This document shows, piece by piece, positions 9,494 through 20,227 of a stretch of DNA of 62,858 nt. The position numbers and the translations under genes were made by a program. The stretch covers positions 1-62,858 of the forward strand of contig CAYUVA010000022.1 of NCBI GenBank assembly GCA_964448115.1, written 5' to 3'. The notes under the pieces were generated by a model. That model was given only the letters and a program-made list of their open reading frames with translations. It had not been told where the DNA came from and made no database searches. The first letter of the stretch is position 1. The number at the start of each line of letters is the position of its first letter. The stretch comes from an uncultured bacterium. GTDB lineage: Bacteria > CAYUVA01.

Positions 9494-10810
9494 TTAAACG
9501 CTCCTTGCTTGATTCGTTGAACAAGAGCTATCTATAAGCTCATTGCAGGTACTAATAGCAGAAAACAGGACAATAATGAACAACATAAACGGGAAATGAA
9601 GCAGGTTGCTCACCAGGGCAAGCACAAAAGCACAGACAAGTCCACCATTAGCGCCGATTACCAAGATGTTCGATTCTGCATCGCCTTTTCTTGACCGGAC
9701 ATGATGCATTCTTTTTAGTATCGAGGTTATAATCCAAAGCATCAGGAACCCGCCACATAATCCAAGCTCGGCGAACACCTGCAGGAATTCATTATATGCA
9801 TAAACCCTCTCATCTCTCGACCTGGCAGTCTCCATGATCGCCTTTTTATTGTCATCGCTAATACTATAAAGCAGACGATTGAATTCTGTGTTATACGCGC
9901 CCAATCCAGCGCCGAATATCAGGTTTTCCTTGAACAAAACAATTGCGTAGCTCGAGTAAATATCGCGATGAAGCCTGCCGGTCGATGGTTTCATGAACAA
10001 AGCTGCCTTCTTGCCGATAGATGGATATACGATCATGAAAGGGAGGATAACAAGGATGGTGCCGCTAGCCATAGAGGCTAGAACCCCCCAATGTTCTCTT
10101 AGGATAGGTTTGGTATATTTAACCAGCATCCAGGTTACATAGATAATGGACACAAACACAGCCACATAAGCCCCTCGTGTATGGGTACAAAGTATTGCTA
10201 TCAAGCCAAGTAAGAAAGACAGCGCACATAACATGCGCACAAATCCCCATTTACCATGAACTGTCAAGACCAAAGCGGTAGGTAAAAATAGTGCCAGGTA
10301 ATATGCAAGATGATTAGGCTCGCAGAAGAAAGCAGAGGAAGACCAGCCACCTGGATAAAATGAAAAACGAGGCATGAAAAATGGATCTCGACCCTGAAAC
10401 TGGATAAAAGCATAGATGCTCGAAACAATAACCGGAAAAAGAGAAATGCTAAGAATCAATTCTATAACCTTCGATGAGCGCAAGAATGTGTAACCGGCAA
10501 AATAAGTCCCCAATAGCAATATCGGTGCAGCGATGCTGGCAGTGCTAGATACCCTCGGATTCGCCAGTTGATGCAGGTAAATGTATATCACCAGTAAAAT
10601 AGCCGGCATCCCAACCAGTAGGCAGGATCTGGCCAGGAGAGTCTCGGAGGATCCCAATAACCAAAAGATATTAATTAGAAAACACCCCAAGAGCACAAAG
10701 TACATCCGACTAGGCTCGCTTGCATCATCGAGATTCCCGGAATATACAAAGGGTGCAACTATCAAAATAGCAGCAATCATAAATACATTTGCTTTCGCTT
10801 TCAGAAACAT
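9494..10810 (-). CDS. O-antigen ligase / O-oligosaccharyltransferase-like (Wzy_C domain) membrane protein
   Basis: About 12 TM with 'F.EPNHLA.YL', 'THTRGAY', 'IFGAGLG' and 'YAYNEFLQVFAELGLCG'. Start moved to ATG 10810 (GAGAGG RBS), just after the upstream stop. Confidence 0.8.
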   Translation of the reverse strand: MFLKAKANVFMIAAILIVAPFVYSGNLDDASEPSRMYFVLLGCFLINIFWLLGSSETLLARSCLLVGMPAILLVIYIYLHQLANPRVSSTASIAAPILLLGTYFAGYTFLRSSKVIELILSISLFPVIVSSIYAFIQFQGRDPFFMPRFSFYPGGWSSSAFFCEPNHLAYYLALFLPTALVLTVHGKWGFVRMLCALSFLLGLIAILCTHTRGAYVAVFVSIIYVTWMLVKYTKPILREHWGVLASMASGTILVILPFMIVYPSIGKKAALFMKPSTGRLHRDIYSSYAIVLFKENLIFGAGLGAYNTEFNRLLYSISDDNKKAIMETARSRDERVYAYNEFLQVFAELGLCGGFLMLWIITSILKRMHHVRSRKGDAESNILVIGANGGLVCAFVLALVSNLLHFPFMLFIIVLFSAISTCNELIDSSCSTNQARSV

Positions 10811-10811
10811 C

Positions 10812-11600
10812 TCATCCTCTCTCACCGAGACCAGCTTGCTCCAGAAGTCTTTGACCCTTTTTCGTAAGGATATATGTTCTGAGATCATCGGTTGGCTTGA
10901 GCCATTTCTTCTCTAAAAGCTCTAGTGAGATCAGGGTTTTAAGCACTTTTTGCAAATTTTTCTTTCCCTTTAGACTGGCAAGAACAGCCATCTCGGCTTC
11001 ATCGATGCCATCAGAAGCCATAATCATGGTCTGTGCAGCTAATGGTACCTCCCCGCTGCCTAGAATATTATGGGTGAAAAATATCTCCATGAATATGGCA
11101 TTCAGAAGCTCGAATAATGTAACAAAGAGGTCTCTGAATAATCCATCGCTCTTAACCCCATCGACCGCAGCGAAGCTTTGCTTTTTTGGTTTACTGGTGC
11201 TGGAAAACTTATAATATTGGGCATAAAACCTAAGCAAACCAATAAATAAAAAAAATATGATGGTGTAAATTAACCAGAAAATATAGGGATTGAACTCTTC
11301 GGAACTAATATAGATTGTTTGTCCATCCAGTTCAGCCTGGGCGAGCAGGATGGGGATGAAAGCCATAAGGAACACTCCAAGTACCAGATAGACAGCAATT
11401 ATGATAACCATACCGGTCAGTGCGAAAACCCTTTTTTCCTTGCGTCTTGCATCCATCATAGCCCCCAGATAACCTGACAGGCTGCGGATTTTATCAGGGG
11501 AGGACAATCGCTTTGCCTTGTCGATACGCTTTACTACTGCATGCTTATCTGCCGGGCTTGAATGCTTGCCGACTACTTTTCTTACAAAAGGTCTTGACAT
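10812..11600 (-). CDS. Hypothetical membrane protein (2 TM) with a possible C-terminal winged-helix-like tail
   Basis: 262-aa ORF in an operon. Tail LEKKWL...YILTKKGQRLL resembles a wHTH wing motif. Confidence 0.55.
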   Translation of the reverse strand: MSRPFVRKVVGKHSSPADKHAVVKRIDKAKRLSSPDKIRSLSGYLGAMMDARRKEKRVFALTGMVIIIAVYLVLGVFLMAFIPILLAQAELDGQTIYISSEEFNPYIFWLIYTIIFFLFIGLLRFYAQYYKFSSTSKPKKQSFAAVDGVKSDGLFRDLFVTLFELLNAIFMEIFFTHNILGSGEVPLAAQTMIMASDGIDEAEMAVLASLKGKKNLQKVLKTLISLELLEKKWLKPTDDLRTYILTKKGQRLLEQAGLGERG

Positions 11601-11628
11601 AATAGCTTATCAACCGCGCTTGCCAGGT

Positions 11629-13200
11629 TCATATTTTTACCGGCAGGATGCCTTCCATTTTTAGCTCGCCACATAAAGCCTCGATCATGTAAGACTGATA
11701 ACGCCGGTTGAAAGTATAACAAGCCACAGCGGTTGGGATGGTCAGGTATTGACTGATGTCATAAGGTTCGCCGGCAGAGATGAGGATCGTATCTGGTATT
11801 CTCAAGGCAATCTCTTCGAGTAGTTCATGCTCAGGTTGATACAGATGGCTGTTGACTGAAACTATGATGCATAGAGATCCTTCTATATAATGTTGACTGA
11901 ATTGCTCCCAAGAAAAGGGTATTTCCTTGCCATACAATATTATTTCTACTTGGGAACACCTTGATGCGAGCGCCTGCACGAACGGGCTTCCCAGGCGAGC
12001 CAGCTCTCCGGTTGCATAAAGCCTTTCCGGCAGCAGAATGATCACCTTATCGAGTTGAGCCGGCTCTAGTGGAAGATGTTGGCGAACATTTTTTACGCCG
12101 GTCAGGAACTTGCTTACCAACTCCTTGAAGTTATGCTCATAGGGAGACGACATCTGTAGTCTATTGTTGCGGGCTGCTCGCTCAAGCAGCTCATCCTTCA
12201 GCCTGCATATCAGCCTGTAGGAGTCCTCTACCTTATCAGCGAATCCCTCATCTTCAAGGTAAAGCTTGCAGAGATGCTCGATCGCTGGTGCCTGTTGCTG
12301 GGGGTGATGACAGATAAGCAGCATATTTACTCCAGCCTCGACTGCCAGGGCGGCTGCCTCAGCGATGCTCCATCTTTTTGAAATGGCTCCCATTGACAGA
12401 TCATCCGATATAACTACCTTGCGGAAGCCAAGCTGGTCCCTGAGCATATCGGTTACAAGACGCTTGGAGAGCGTAGTAGGCAGGGGCTTTGGTTCGATAT
12501 TGTTATACCAGCAATGGTTGGTCATTATTAGATCTACCGAGTTTTCAATCGCCTCGCTGAAGGGAATGCATTCGTGGCGCAACAGATCGTCCATGCTAAG
12601 CTTGGCTTTCGCCAGGTCGAGATGGGTGTCTATGTCCGCCTCGCCGAGTCCAGGGAAGTGCTTTGCACAAGCAGCAATCCCCGCCTCGTGGTGTCCTCGG
12701 ATGAACAGCTTTCCCATATCGGCGGTTAATAGTTGGCTATCTGAGTAAACCCTGGTCGTAAGGTGCGGATTGCCCCCTATTCTGCCCAGATCAAGCACCG
12801 GCGCCAAGTTGATATTGATACCAAGTTCTCTTAACCGTGAAGCCAACATAAGACTCCAGCGATAATTCAAGTCAAAATCTCTGGCGGCTCCAAAAGCCAT
12901 GGCTGGAGGGAGATCGAAAACTCCGCCGTTTAACCGCGAGACCTCACCCCCCTCCTGATCGACGGCGATGAGAAGAGGTCGGGGATTCCCCGCTTCCTGA
13001 TTAAGCTGCTGCATCTGGTCGCACAGTTCTTTTATCTGAGCGTGATCTGAAATATTTCGTTTGAAAAGGATGATGCCGCCTATATGATATTCTCGGATAA
13101 GCCTTGTGGTCGCCGAATCCAGTTCAGCACCTGGAAAACCAACCATGAAGAGCTGTCCAACCCTTTTTCTCACCTTGTATATATCGCTGTTTTTTTTCAT
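11629..13200 (-). CDS. nagZ: GH3 beta-N-acetylhexosaminidase (NagZ-like, two-domain)
   Basis: VGQLFMVGF, GGIILFKRN, IAVDQEGG, NLAPVLD, KHFPGLG...DTH and ISDDLSMGA motifs. Confidence 0.88.
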   Translation of the reverse strand: MKKNSDIYKVRKRVGQLFMVGFPGAELDSATTRLIREYHIGGIILFKRNISDHAQIKELCDQMQQLNQEAGNPRPLLIAVDQEGGEVSRLNGGVFDLPPAMAFGAARDFDLNYRWSLMLASRLRELGININLAPVLDLGRIGGNPHLTTRVYSDSQLLTADMGKLFIRGHHEAGIAACAKHFPGLGEADIDTHLDLAKAKLSMDDLLRHECIPFSEAIENSVDLIMTNHCWYNNIEPKPLPTTLSKRLVTDMLRDQLGFRKVVISDDLSMGAISKRWSIAEAAALAVEAGVNMLLICHHPQQQAPAIEHLCKLYLEDEGFADKVEDSYRLICRLKDELLERAARNNRLQMSSPYEHNFKELVSKFLTGVKNVRQHLPLEPAQLDKVIILLPERLYATGELARLGSPFVQALASRCSQVEIILYGKEIPFSWEQFSQHYIEGSLCIIVSVNSHLYQPEHELLEEIALRIPDTILISAGEPYDISQYLTIPTAVACYTFNRRYQSYMIEALCGELKMEGILPVKI

Positions 13201-13222
13201 TGATTATCTTTTCCTTAACCTG

Positions 13223-15022
13223 CTACTTACAGTTCTGATAGATCTCGTGAAGCAAATTGATATTGAGATTACCTGGACTTCCATCTCCCATACCTAGATC
13301 CCACCAGTTGTCCCTGCGATGCACCAAGACAAGACAGTGAGGCTCCTGAAAGATTACATATACATCGGTGTAATATTCATAAAGTATTTGGTTATCTGAT
13401 AATCTTTCATGATAAATCATCAGATCGTCTTCTCCCCAAGCTACCAGGCTTTGATTATCATCTGCGTGCTGCTTATAGGGGATAGAAACTAGATCCTTGT
13501 CCATGTAGTAGAGCAGCGGATCTCGACTGCGACACGCGGTCCATTTTAGTAGATTCTTGTCCATGAAATGAAGGCGCTCAAGCGGCAATACCCTATCAGA
13601 AAGCGCTGTTAGCCATGAATATATCTTGTCAGGATTCTCTCCAACCGTAAAATAGCGAGCCTTCAAGATCACCGTAACATGCTGTTGTGGCTCCAATGAT
13701 GGGACGATGTTGTACAAGACACCCTCCAATAATAGCTTCCAGCTTTTACATATCTCAAGATGCTTTTGTTTCAAATCCTCTATCTCGCTAATATTGATAT
13801 AAAGTATCAGGATCAAAAGAGCCAATAATACAAAGACAAGCCACCTGTTTATCTTGAAACCATGCAGCCATCCAGAGATAACAGATGAAATAATACTCAA
13901 GAGAAAAGCCCAAGAGATAAGAATCGGGTACAAAACATGACCCGATATGACATCCAAGGGAAAGAAGCCTACTATCGGTACTGACATGGTGATCAAAATG
14001 AATACTCCCCATAAGATCATTCTTGGCTTTAGCAAGGCAACCCTTACTTTGGTTTTGCCGCTGGTATAGGAATTGGACTCAGCATCTAAATCCCTTCCAT
14101 GCAGCATTTTTATCAATCGCTTTAAGGTCAAAAATAACACGAAACCGCCCATTATGGCTGGAAAAGCAACAAAAGGACTGATATCTCCAATGCGGCGGAT
14201 AAGCTGAATGAGGTGATTGTAAAGCATATTTACCGGGAAAAAAGCTCTGAATGACTCATTCACGGCGCTAAGCGGAAGGGAGATAATGTCCAGCAACTTA
14301 TTGTTTGCCAATATTGAAAAAAGATCTCCACGCCTGAAATCGCCGATGCCGACGAGCAACATAACAGCCCAGGCTGCCGATGGGATTAGAGCATTCAAGA
14401 ATAGCATTAACCTTTTATCCTTTAGCAAATCCCAGAAGATAAACAGCATGGAAAGAACAATTAAAGGCATGATCAGCGCTATCTCCTTGGATGCAAAGGA
14501 ACAAAACACAAGGATGTTTATGCGCCAGAAACGGCGTTTAAATTCGCTTCTGGTTTCACTAAAAAGGTAGCCTGCCAAAAGGAAGATCGCCCACCAGCAA
14601 AACAACATTGCTAACAGTCCATAATAGGTTGCCAGGTAAGCAACAGCCTCCAGGCTGAGATAGAATGTTGAATAGAGGAGCACAAAATAAAACGATAAAA
14701 AGGAGCTAACGCCAATTCTTCTACATAACAAAAATAGTACAAGACAACATGCCAAATGTAAGGCAAAGGATAAGATATGAAAATAAACAACCTTGTCTTT
14801 TACTATCATAAAAAGAGTGGTGGAAATGATGTGTGCCAAGGGCGCTATCTTATAAAAGGGACCTGTTATCCAGACAATATCATCATCCCTGAAATATGCT
14901 TTCATGCAGGGTAAATAAATATAGAAATTAGTGATCGCAATGATCATGTAATATGCTGCATCAACGATGAGCGAACGCGGATACCTGCGCAATAGTGTTC
15001 TTCCTTGAGCAATTTCATTCAT
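13223..15022 (-). CDS. Polytopic membrane protein, GT-C-like
   Basis: 'YF.DDD' after TM1, 'SKE.A' motif, many TM segments and a soluble C-terminal domain. Overlaps the upstream gene. Confidence 0.55.
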   Translation of the reverse strand: MNEIAQGRTLLRRYPRSLIVDAAYYMIIAITNFYIYLPCMKAYFRDDDIVWITGPFYKIAPLAHIISTTLFMIVKDKVVYFHILSFALHLACCLVLFLLCRRIGVSSFLSFYFVLLYSTFYLSLEAVAYLATYYGLLAMLFCWWAIFLLAGYLFSETRSEFKRRFWRINILVFCSFASKEIALIMPLIVLSMLFIFWDLLKDKRLMLFLNALIPSAAWAVMLLVGIGDFRRGDLFSILANNKLLDIISLPLSAVNESFRAFFPVNMLYNHLIQLIRRIGDISPFVAFPAIMGGFVLFLTLKRLIKMLHGRDLDAESNSYTSGKTKVRVALLKPRMILWGVFILITMSVPIVGFFPLDVISGHVLYPILISWAFLLSIISSVISGWLHGFKINRWLVFVLLALLILILYINISEIEDLKQKHLEICKSWKLLLEGVLYNIVPSLEPQQHVTVILKARYFTVGENPDKIYSWLTALSDRVLPLERLHFMDKNLLKWTACRSRDPLLYYMDKDLVSIPYKQHADDNQSLVAWGEDDLMIYHERLSDNQILYEYYTDVYVIFQEPHCLVLVHRRDNWWDLGMGDGSPGNLNINLLHEIYQNCK

Positions 15023-16619
15023 AGATCTTCTCGATAATAATATTGTCCAGGAATATGCCCTGCGGGGTCATGTCATAAATTAGCACCCTGAATTCCATCA
15101 TCGAAGCACCATCATAATAAAAGGGAATGCAAAAATTGGTGTACTCTCCAGGGGCAGGGAAGCTGTTGCCATTGAAGCCAGCCTTGCCATAGCTCTTGGT
15201 GCCGATTGAATGATCTACATATCCATTATGTGAAAAGACATCCATAGTAGCGAGGCTTTTATCTAAGGTTAATGCAGGATCAATCCGTACCCTGAAGATA
15301 GCCTGGTATTTGCCAGGGTAAGGGAGTTCGAGGTAAGGACCGTAAGCCAGTGCGTGGACATTTGCCCATGCCTTGCCCTTTGGAGCCTTGGCATCCTCCA
15401 CCCACTCGCCCATAAGATGCTCGATCTCGTTAAAGTCCCATGTTCTTAATATCTCGCCGCTTTTTTGATCTGCAATCCGAAACTCAAGGAAACGGAAGTC
15501 CTTGAAACCATATACTAAAGTACATAAGGCAATGGAGTAAGTACCTGTTTCGTTTATTACTACTGGCATTTCGATAGGGCGATATCCATGACCTCCTAAA
15601 AGGTCGCCGGCTTTTATGTATCTGTTTATTGCATTGTTTTTTTTGCCATCTGGTTCAAGGGATAGCAGGGCGATGTTCAGATCAGGCGGTGCATTAGAGG
15701 TATATCTGACAACCGCACCCACCATGTAGGTTCCCTTGAGCAGCTTGAACAACTTGGTATAAGCCAGGGTGGCATCCGTTGCCCAGGCGAAACCATTTTG
15801 CGCTTCAGGATCGGGTACCCTTCTGCCAAGGTAATGATTGAGTTGATCCTCTTCCAAGACAATGCGCGGGGGATCTCCATAAAGGCTCAAGAACCTGTCG
15901 AGAACATCGGTGGCTGATAATGGGAGACCAAAGATCTCTATCTCATCAAAGATTATCTCTAATTCCTCGTCTTTTTTCATATTTCCATGATTAAGCTGTA
16001 GCTTATGAGGATACATATTATCTAGGCTTGCAATTGGAAAGGTAAACTGCAAATCATTTGCGCCGTGGCTGAGCTTGCTGTCATCGCCGTTTATGTACAA
16101 ATGCAGGAAGTCTTCAGGGGTGTTGGCAGATAGATCCCAGGTGACTAGTGCATGTATCCATCGACCAATCTGAATATAATAACGGGGAAGCATCGCATCC
16201 CAATGCGTGGAATCGAGAGTATTGTGCAGCCTGAATGCCACGCGAGTGGGATCTCTATACAACATAAGAAGATAGGGAGAATCCACAAATGCTAGTGATG
16301 CTATATAAAGTTCTCCATTACTGGGCATTCTATCCAGTTTGAACCACAGGGATATCGAGCCTTTGTGTAAAGAATTTTGTATCACCGAAAGATCGATGCT
16401 CGCCGGCTGACTTGATGATACGGACAATCCATTGCCAAGAATCCCCTCCACCAGTGTTATTTGTCGTATCGCATCGAGGTTATTAGGCTTATCGAAGTCG
16501 ATAAGGAAATCTGCTGTGGATTTTCGTTCAGGTTTTATTTTAGGGTCACAAGAAAATGTAAAAAATACAACCGATATCGACAGTAGAATGCAAAATCTAT
16601 AATAGCCCCAATAGCCCAT
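15015..16619 (-). CDS. Putative lipoprotein with a LamG-like jelly-roll domain and two tandem carbohydrate-binding-like repeats
   Basis: Leader ends FTFSC. LamG pattern GSISLWFK...WIHALVTWD...LYING...FDEIEIF. Repeats are NHYLGRRVPDPEAQNGFAWA..LAY and EHLMGEWVEDAKAPKGKAWA..LAY. Confidence 0.65.
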   Translation of the reverse strand: MGYWGYYRFCILLSISVVFFTFSCDPKIKPERKSTADFLIDFDKPNNLDAIRQITLVEGILGNGLSVSSSQPASIDLSVIQNSLHKGSISLWFKLDRMPSNGELYIASLAFVDSPYLLMLYRDPTRVAFRLHNTLDSTHWDAMLPRYYIQIGRWIHALVTWDLSANTPEDFLHLYINGDDSKLSHGANDLQFTFPIASLDNMYPHKLQLNHGNMKKDEELEIIFDEIEIFGLPLSATDVLDRFLSLYGDPPRIVLEEDQLNHYLGRRVPDPEAQNGFAWATDATLAYTKLFKLLKGTYMVGAVVRYTSNAPPDLNIALLSLEPDGKKNNAINRYIKAGDLLGGHGYRPIEMPVVINETGTYSIALCTLVYGFKDFRFLEFRIADQKSGEILRTWDFNEIEHLMGEWVEDAKAPKGKAWANVHALAYGPYLELPYPGKYQAIFRVRIDPALTLDKSLATMDVFSHNGYVDHSIGTKSYGKAGFNGNSFPAPGEYTNFCIPFYYDGASMMEFRVLIYDMTPQGIFLDNIIIEKIYE

Positions 16620-17764
16620 CAGTAGCTGTGCGCCTCTCCGATTCCCTTGCCCCTTATATGGAACACCTTCCCGTTACGCTCGAGGGTGAGTTTGAACTCC
16701 GCGACCCGGCGGAACTGCCAGGGATTGGTATAGAACAGCTTTACTGCCGTGCGGACAATAAAGGATAGCCGTCCCAGTATATCAATCTCACTGATAAAAT
16801 CGGTATATTTAATAGTGCCATGCAGCCTGGTGCCCCCTTTTTGATAATTCACCTGGTAAAGCGTGGGGAACTCGATATTGGGACCCCTGGCTCTTTGGTA
16901 GCCGGACATCTTGAGCTCGAAATCGCTGGTATTGATTATCTTTTCCCCCTTGTAGAACAGCATGAGGTATCTTAAATCCTCCCCCTTATAATTGTCCTTT
17001 AGTTCCTGGCGCCAGACCTTGAAGGAGATATTCTGATCATAGATGGACATCACCTGCCAGCTCTTGGAGTAGCTCGGAATCTTGATGGTGCTGTATCCGT
17101 GATCCATGTAGGCGACCCCTTTGATGGGGATTGCTTTCCCTTCCATCTTCAGTCTTCCCTGCATGGTGCCGGCAGGGATGATGATGGCGGTCTGCCAATA
17201 TCGTTCGCTGCCGCCTGGCTTAATGAAGTATGCCTTGGAATCTCCTATCATTATCGACTCAAACACGGCGGTTATATTCATGTCCAGGACAAGCTCCCCC
17301 TCTGCGACATGGAACTTGTAGTGCGGATAGGTGCCTTTAAGCAGATTCTCACCGATGCGTATATAGAACTGATTAGTCTTTCCCTCAATGCTCGATTGCT
17401 CGTATTCTCCATGTCCGTTCATAGTTTCTCCGGTCATGTTCTTTTGCACCCAGAGATCGACCGTTCCGCAGAAATTCTTGGTCGGGTGATAATTGGAGAC
17501 GGAGAGCATGCAATAAATATATAAATCATCCTCGGTGCGGGCGACAAACCACCATCCCTCGCCCCAGGAGTTGACATCCATCGGATGATAGCCGATCTCC
17601 GCCTTCGGAATGCCGCCCTCGAGCTGGTCAGCAGGTACCTGGGCAATTGGACGGTATTCGACCCGTATCTCCTTTGCGAATAGTGGGCACATACTAAAAC
17701 CTAGGACTACCACGAGGCATATAATCCCCGATAACCCTTGGATAGAACCGATTTTCATTATCAT
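16619..17764 (-). CDS. Secreted lipocalin-like beta protein (CrtC/Svf1/AttH-like)
   Basis: Signal peptide, with 'WGEGWWF' and 'G.L...G...PIKGVAYMDHG' motifs typical of the CrtC/AttH-like fold. Confidence 0.55.
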   Translation of the reverse strand: MIMKIGSIQGLSGIICLVVVLGFSMCPLFAKEIRVEYRPIAQVPADQLEGGIPKAEIGYHPMDVNSWGEGWWFVARTEDDLYIYCMLSVSNYHPTKNFCGTVDLWVQKNMTGETMNGHGEYEQSSIEGKTNQFYIRIGENLLKGTYPHYKFHVAEGELVLDMNITAVFESIMIGDSKAYFIKPGGSERYWQTAIIIPAGTMQGRLKMEGKAIPIKGVAYMDHGYSTIKIPSYSKSWQVMSIYDQNISFKVWRQELKDNYKGEDLRYLMLFYKGEKIINTSDFELKMSGYQRARGPNIEFPTLYQVNYQKGGTRLHGTIKYTDFISEIDILGRLSFIVRTAVKLFYTNPWQFRRVAEFKLTLERNGKVFHIRGKGIGEAHSY

Positions 17765-17895
17765 TCCTCGACCTGCATGGACTTTATTCTTTACGGCTCA
17801 TTAAATATGCCATAATTAACTCGAATTTCAAAGCATCTTTGAATATAGCTATTTTTTCTTTTATATTTGAAGTAATATCTCACCTTGCTATAGCA

Positions 17896-18822
17896 ATGGA
17901 TGTTAAGGGTAATAACTGTTTTTCAAAGAAAAAACATGCCAAAGTATCCACCATAATCGTTACCTGGAACTGTGCTGATTATATTGTCGGTTGTCTCGAA
18001 TCTTTAAGGGATCATTGCGATGCAGCGGAGAACCACATAATTATCGTGGATAATGCATCTATCGATCCCACGGTGGAGCTTGTAAAGCAAAATGAAGTCA
18101 AGGTGGATCTAATCGAGTCGCCAGAGAACTTGGGATTTGCTAAGGCTTGCAACCTGGGCGCTGCCAATACTGAGAGCGAATACCTGTTATTCTTGAATCC
18201 GGATACAATCCTTTTAAATGATGCGATAAAAACACTTGCCGATTTTCTTGACTCACATAAGGATACCGGGGTAGTCGGGGGGAAGGTATTGAATCCGGAT
18301 GGCACATTACAGCCCCCTTGTCGGCGCAGGTTCCCCACCATCAGATCGTCAGTAATGCGCTTGTTTGGCTTGTCCAAACTGTTTCCAGCGCATAGATGGT
18401 CTTATTGCTATGAAATGTCAATGGAGAATGCCGACCGGGCGCATGAGGTGGATGCGGTATCCGGCTCGTTCTTCATTATACGAAGAAGCCTCTTCAATGA
18501 GCTGGGGGGTTTTGATGAGGATTTCTTCATTTTCGGTGAAGACCTCGACCTTTGCTACAGGGCAAAGATGAAGGGGTGGAAGATATACTATAATCCCGAA
18601 GCAAAGGTCATACACTATCGCGGGAAAAGCAGGGTGTTGAGACCGGTGAGCTCCCTGGTCGATACTCACAAGGCGATGCTTTTGTTTTATGATAAGCACT
18701 ATCGGCATAATCGAGCTGCTTTGGTCAACCTGGCGGTCAGGTGGGCGATCTATGCAAGACTAGCAGTGCTCGTGGTGATCAGCTATATTCATAGCCTGAT
18801 AAAGAAGCTGAAGGTAATATAG
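17896..18822 (+). CDS. GT2 glycosyltransferase (WbbL/rhamnosyltransferase-like)
   Basis: IIVTWN, VDNAS, NLGFAKACN, LFLNPD and GGFDEDFFIFGEDLDLC motifs. Confidence 0.9.
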   Translation: MDVKGNNCFSKKKHAKVSTIIVTWNCADYIVGCLESLRDHCDAAENHIIIVDNASIDPTVELVKQNEVKVDLIESPENLGFAKACNLGAANTESEYLLFLNPDTILLNDAIKTLADFLDSHKDTGVVGGKVLNPDGTLQPPCRRRFPTIRSSVMRLFGLSKLFPAHRWSYCYEMSMENADRAHEVDAVSGSFFIIRRSLFNELGGFDEDFFIFGEDLDLCYRAKMKGWKIYYNPEAKVIHYRGKSRVLRPVSSLVDTHKAMLLFYDKHYRHNRAALVNLAVRWAIYARLAVLVVISYIHSLIKKLKVI

Positions 18823-18826
18823 AATC

Positions 18827-20227
18827 ATGCGCAGTGGTCTTGCGGCATCAAGGACGATCAAGGCTGCCCTGATCCTGGTGGATATCATCATCGCGCTGGT
18901 AGCCTATATAGGCGCCTTTTATCTGCGCAGCCTAAGTGGCTTTTTTATATTCACAGAGCCGATGCCCTTCAATCGATATTTCCAGGTAACTCACTATCTT
19001 TGGCTCATATTTGCCAGCCAACTGGTGATGCTCTACTTCTTCGGCTTGTACGACCGTTTCTGGGGCTTCATGCGCCACCAGGTAGTGCAACAAGTGTTAC
19101 TGGCAGTTACCTTACAAACGCTTTTTTTAGTGAGCTTTTATTTCTTGCGCGCCGAGTACATATACCCTCGCTCTATATTTGCCATGTTCTGGCTGTTAAA
19201 TGCAACGCTGCTGAGTGTATGGAGGTTGATTTTATGCAGCCTGGATAAAGCTCGCAGAGGGAAACGCAAGGTGCTCATCGTTGGTGCTGATAAGCAGGTC
19301 GAGGAGCTGCTCAACGAGATCAAGCGCTTACCCTCCTATGGATTAGAGGTTGTGGGGATAATAGATGACAAGATGCAGGTTGGCGACAGCTTCATAGGCT
19401 ATAAAGTGCTCGGTAAAAGGGACCAGACAATTGCGATTGCAGATAAATATGGCGTTGACGAGGTTATTATATGCTCAGACAACACCTGGCAGGACAAGCT
19501 CATCGAGCAGATGGGCAGCTTGCAACGCCTAAACATGCGGATAAGCGTTATGCCGACCGTGTATGAGATACTGATCGGTAAGGTTAGGCACCTGCGCATA
19601 TATGATATTCCCTTAATAGAGGTGGTAAAAGATCCTTCACTCAACTATTCGTACTTGGCAAAGCGCACCTTTGACCTGGTGGTTAGCACCATGCTGGGGA
19701 CCATCGTCCTTCCTTTGATTATCGTTATCGCCATCCTGGTAAAGTTGACCAGTAAGGGACCTATACTATACAAACAGACCAGGATCGGTAAGAATGGGAA
19801 ATCATTCAAGATCCTAAAATTCAGAACCATGATCCCCTCAGCGGAGAAGGAGACGGGACCGGTCCTGGCAAGCCCCGATGATATGCGCAGCACCAAGATA
19901 GGCGCCTTTTTACGCAAGTATCGCATCGATGAGCTTCCCCAGTTGTACAACATCATTAAGGGGGATATGAGCTTCGTTGGACCTCGCCCGGAACGACCTT
20001 ATTTCGTAGAACAGTATAAAAAGACCATCCCCGGGTACAATGAGCGCTTCAAGGTAAAGCCGGGGCTGACTGGACTAGCCCAGGTAAACGGTGGATACGC
20101 AACATCGCCACAAAATAAGCTCAAATACGAGTTGGCTTACATATACAATCAAAGCCTGTGGCTTGATATAATAATATTGTTCGAGACCATAAAGGTCATT
20201 CTCACCTCAAGAACCGATGAACAATAA
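18827..20227 (+). CDS. Undecaprenyl-phosphate sugar phosphotransferase (WcaJ/WbaP-like priming transferase)
   Basis: N-terminal TMs, a Rossmann-like VLIVGA domain, then KFRTM, RIDELPQL, GDMSFVGPRPE and KPGLTGLAQV. Confidence 0.93.
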   Translation: MRSGLAASRTIKAALILVDIIIALVAYIGAFYLRSLSGFFIFTEPMPFNRYFQVTHYLWLIFASQLVMLYFFGLYDRFWGFMRHQVVQQVLLAVTLQTLFLVSFYFLRAEYIYPRSIFAMFWLLNATLLSVWRLILCSLDKARRGKRKVLIVGADKQVEELLNEIKRLPSYGLEVVGIIDDKMQVGDSFIGYKVLGKRDQTIAIADKYGVDEVIICSDNTWQDKLIEQMGSLQRLNMRISVMPTVYEILIGKVRHLRIYDIPLIEVVKDPSLNYSYLAKRTFDLVVSTMLGTIVLPLIIVIAILVKLTSKGPILYKQTRIGKNGKSFKILKFRTMIPSAEKETGPVLASPDDMRSTKIGAFLRKYRIDELPQLYNIIKGDMSFVGPRPERPYFVEQYKKTIPGYNERFKVKPGLTGLAQVNGGYATSPQNKLKYELAYIYNQSLWLDIIILFETIKVILTSRTDEQ

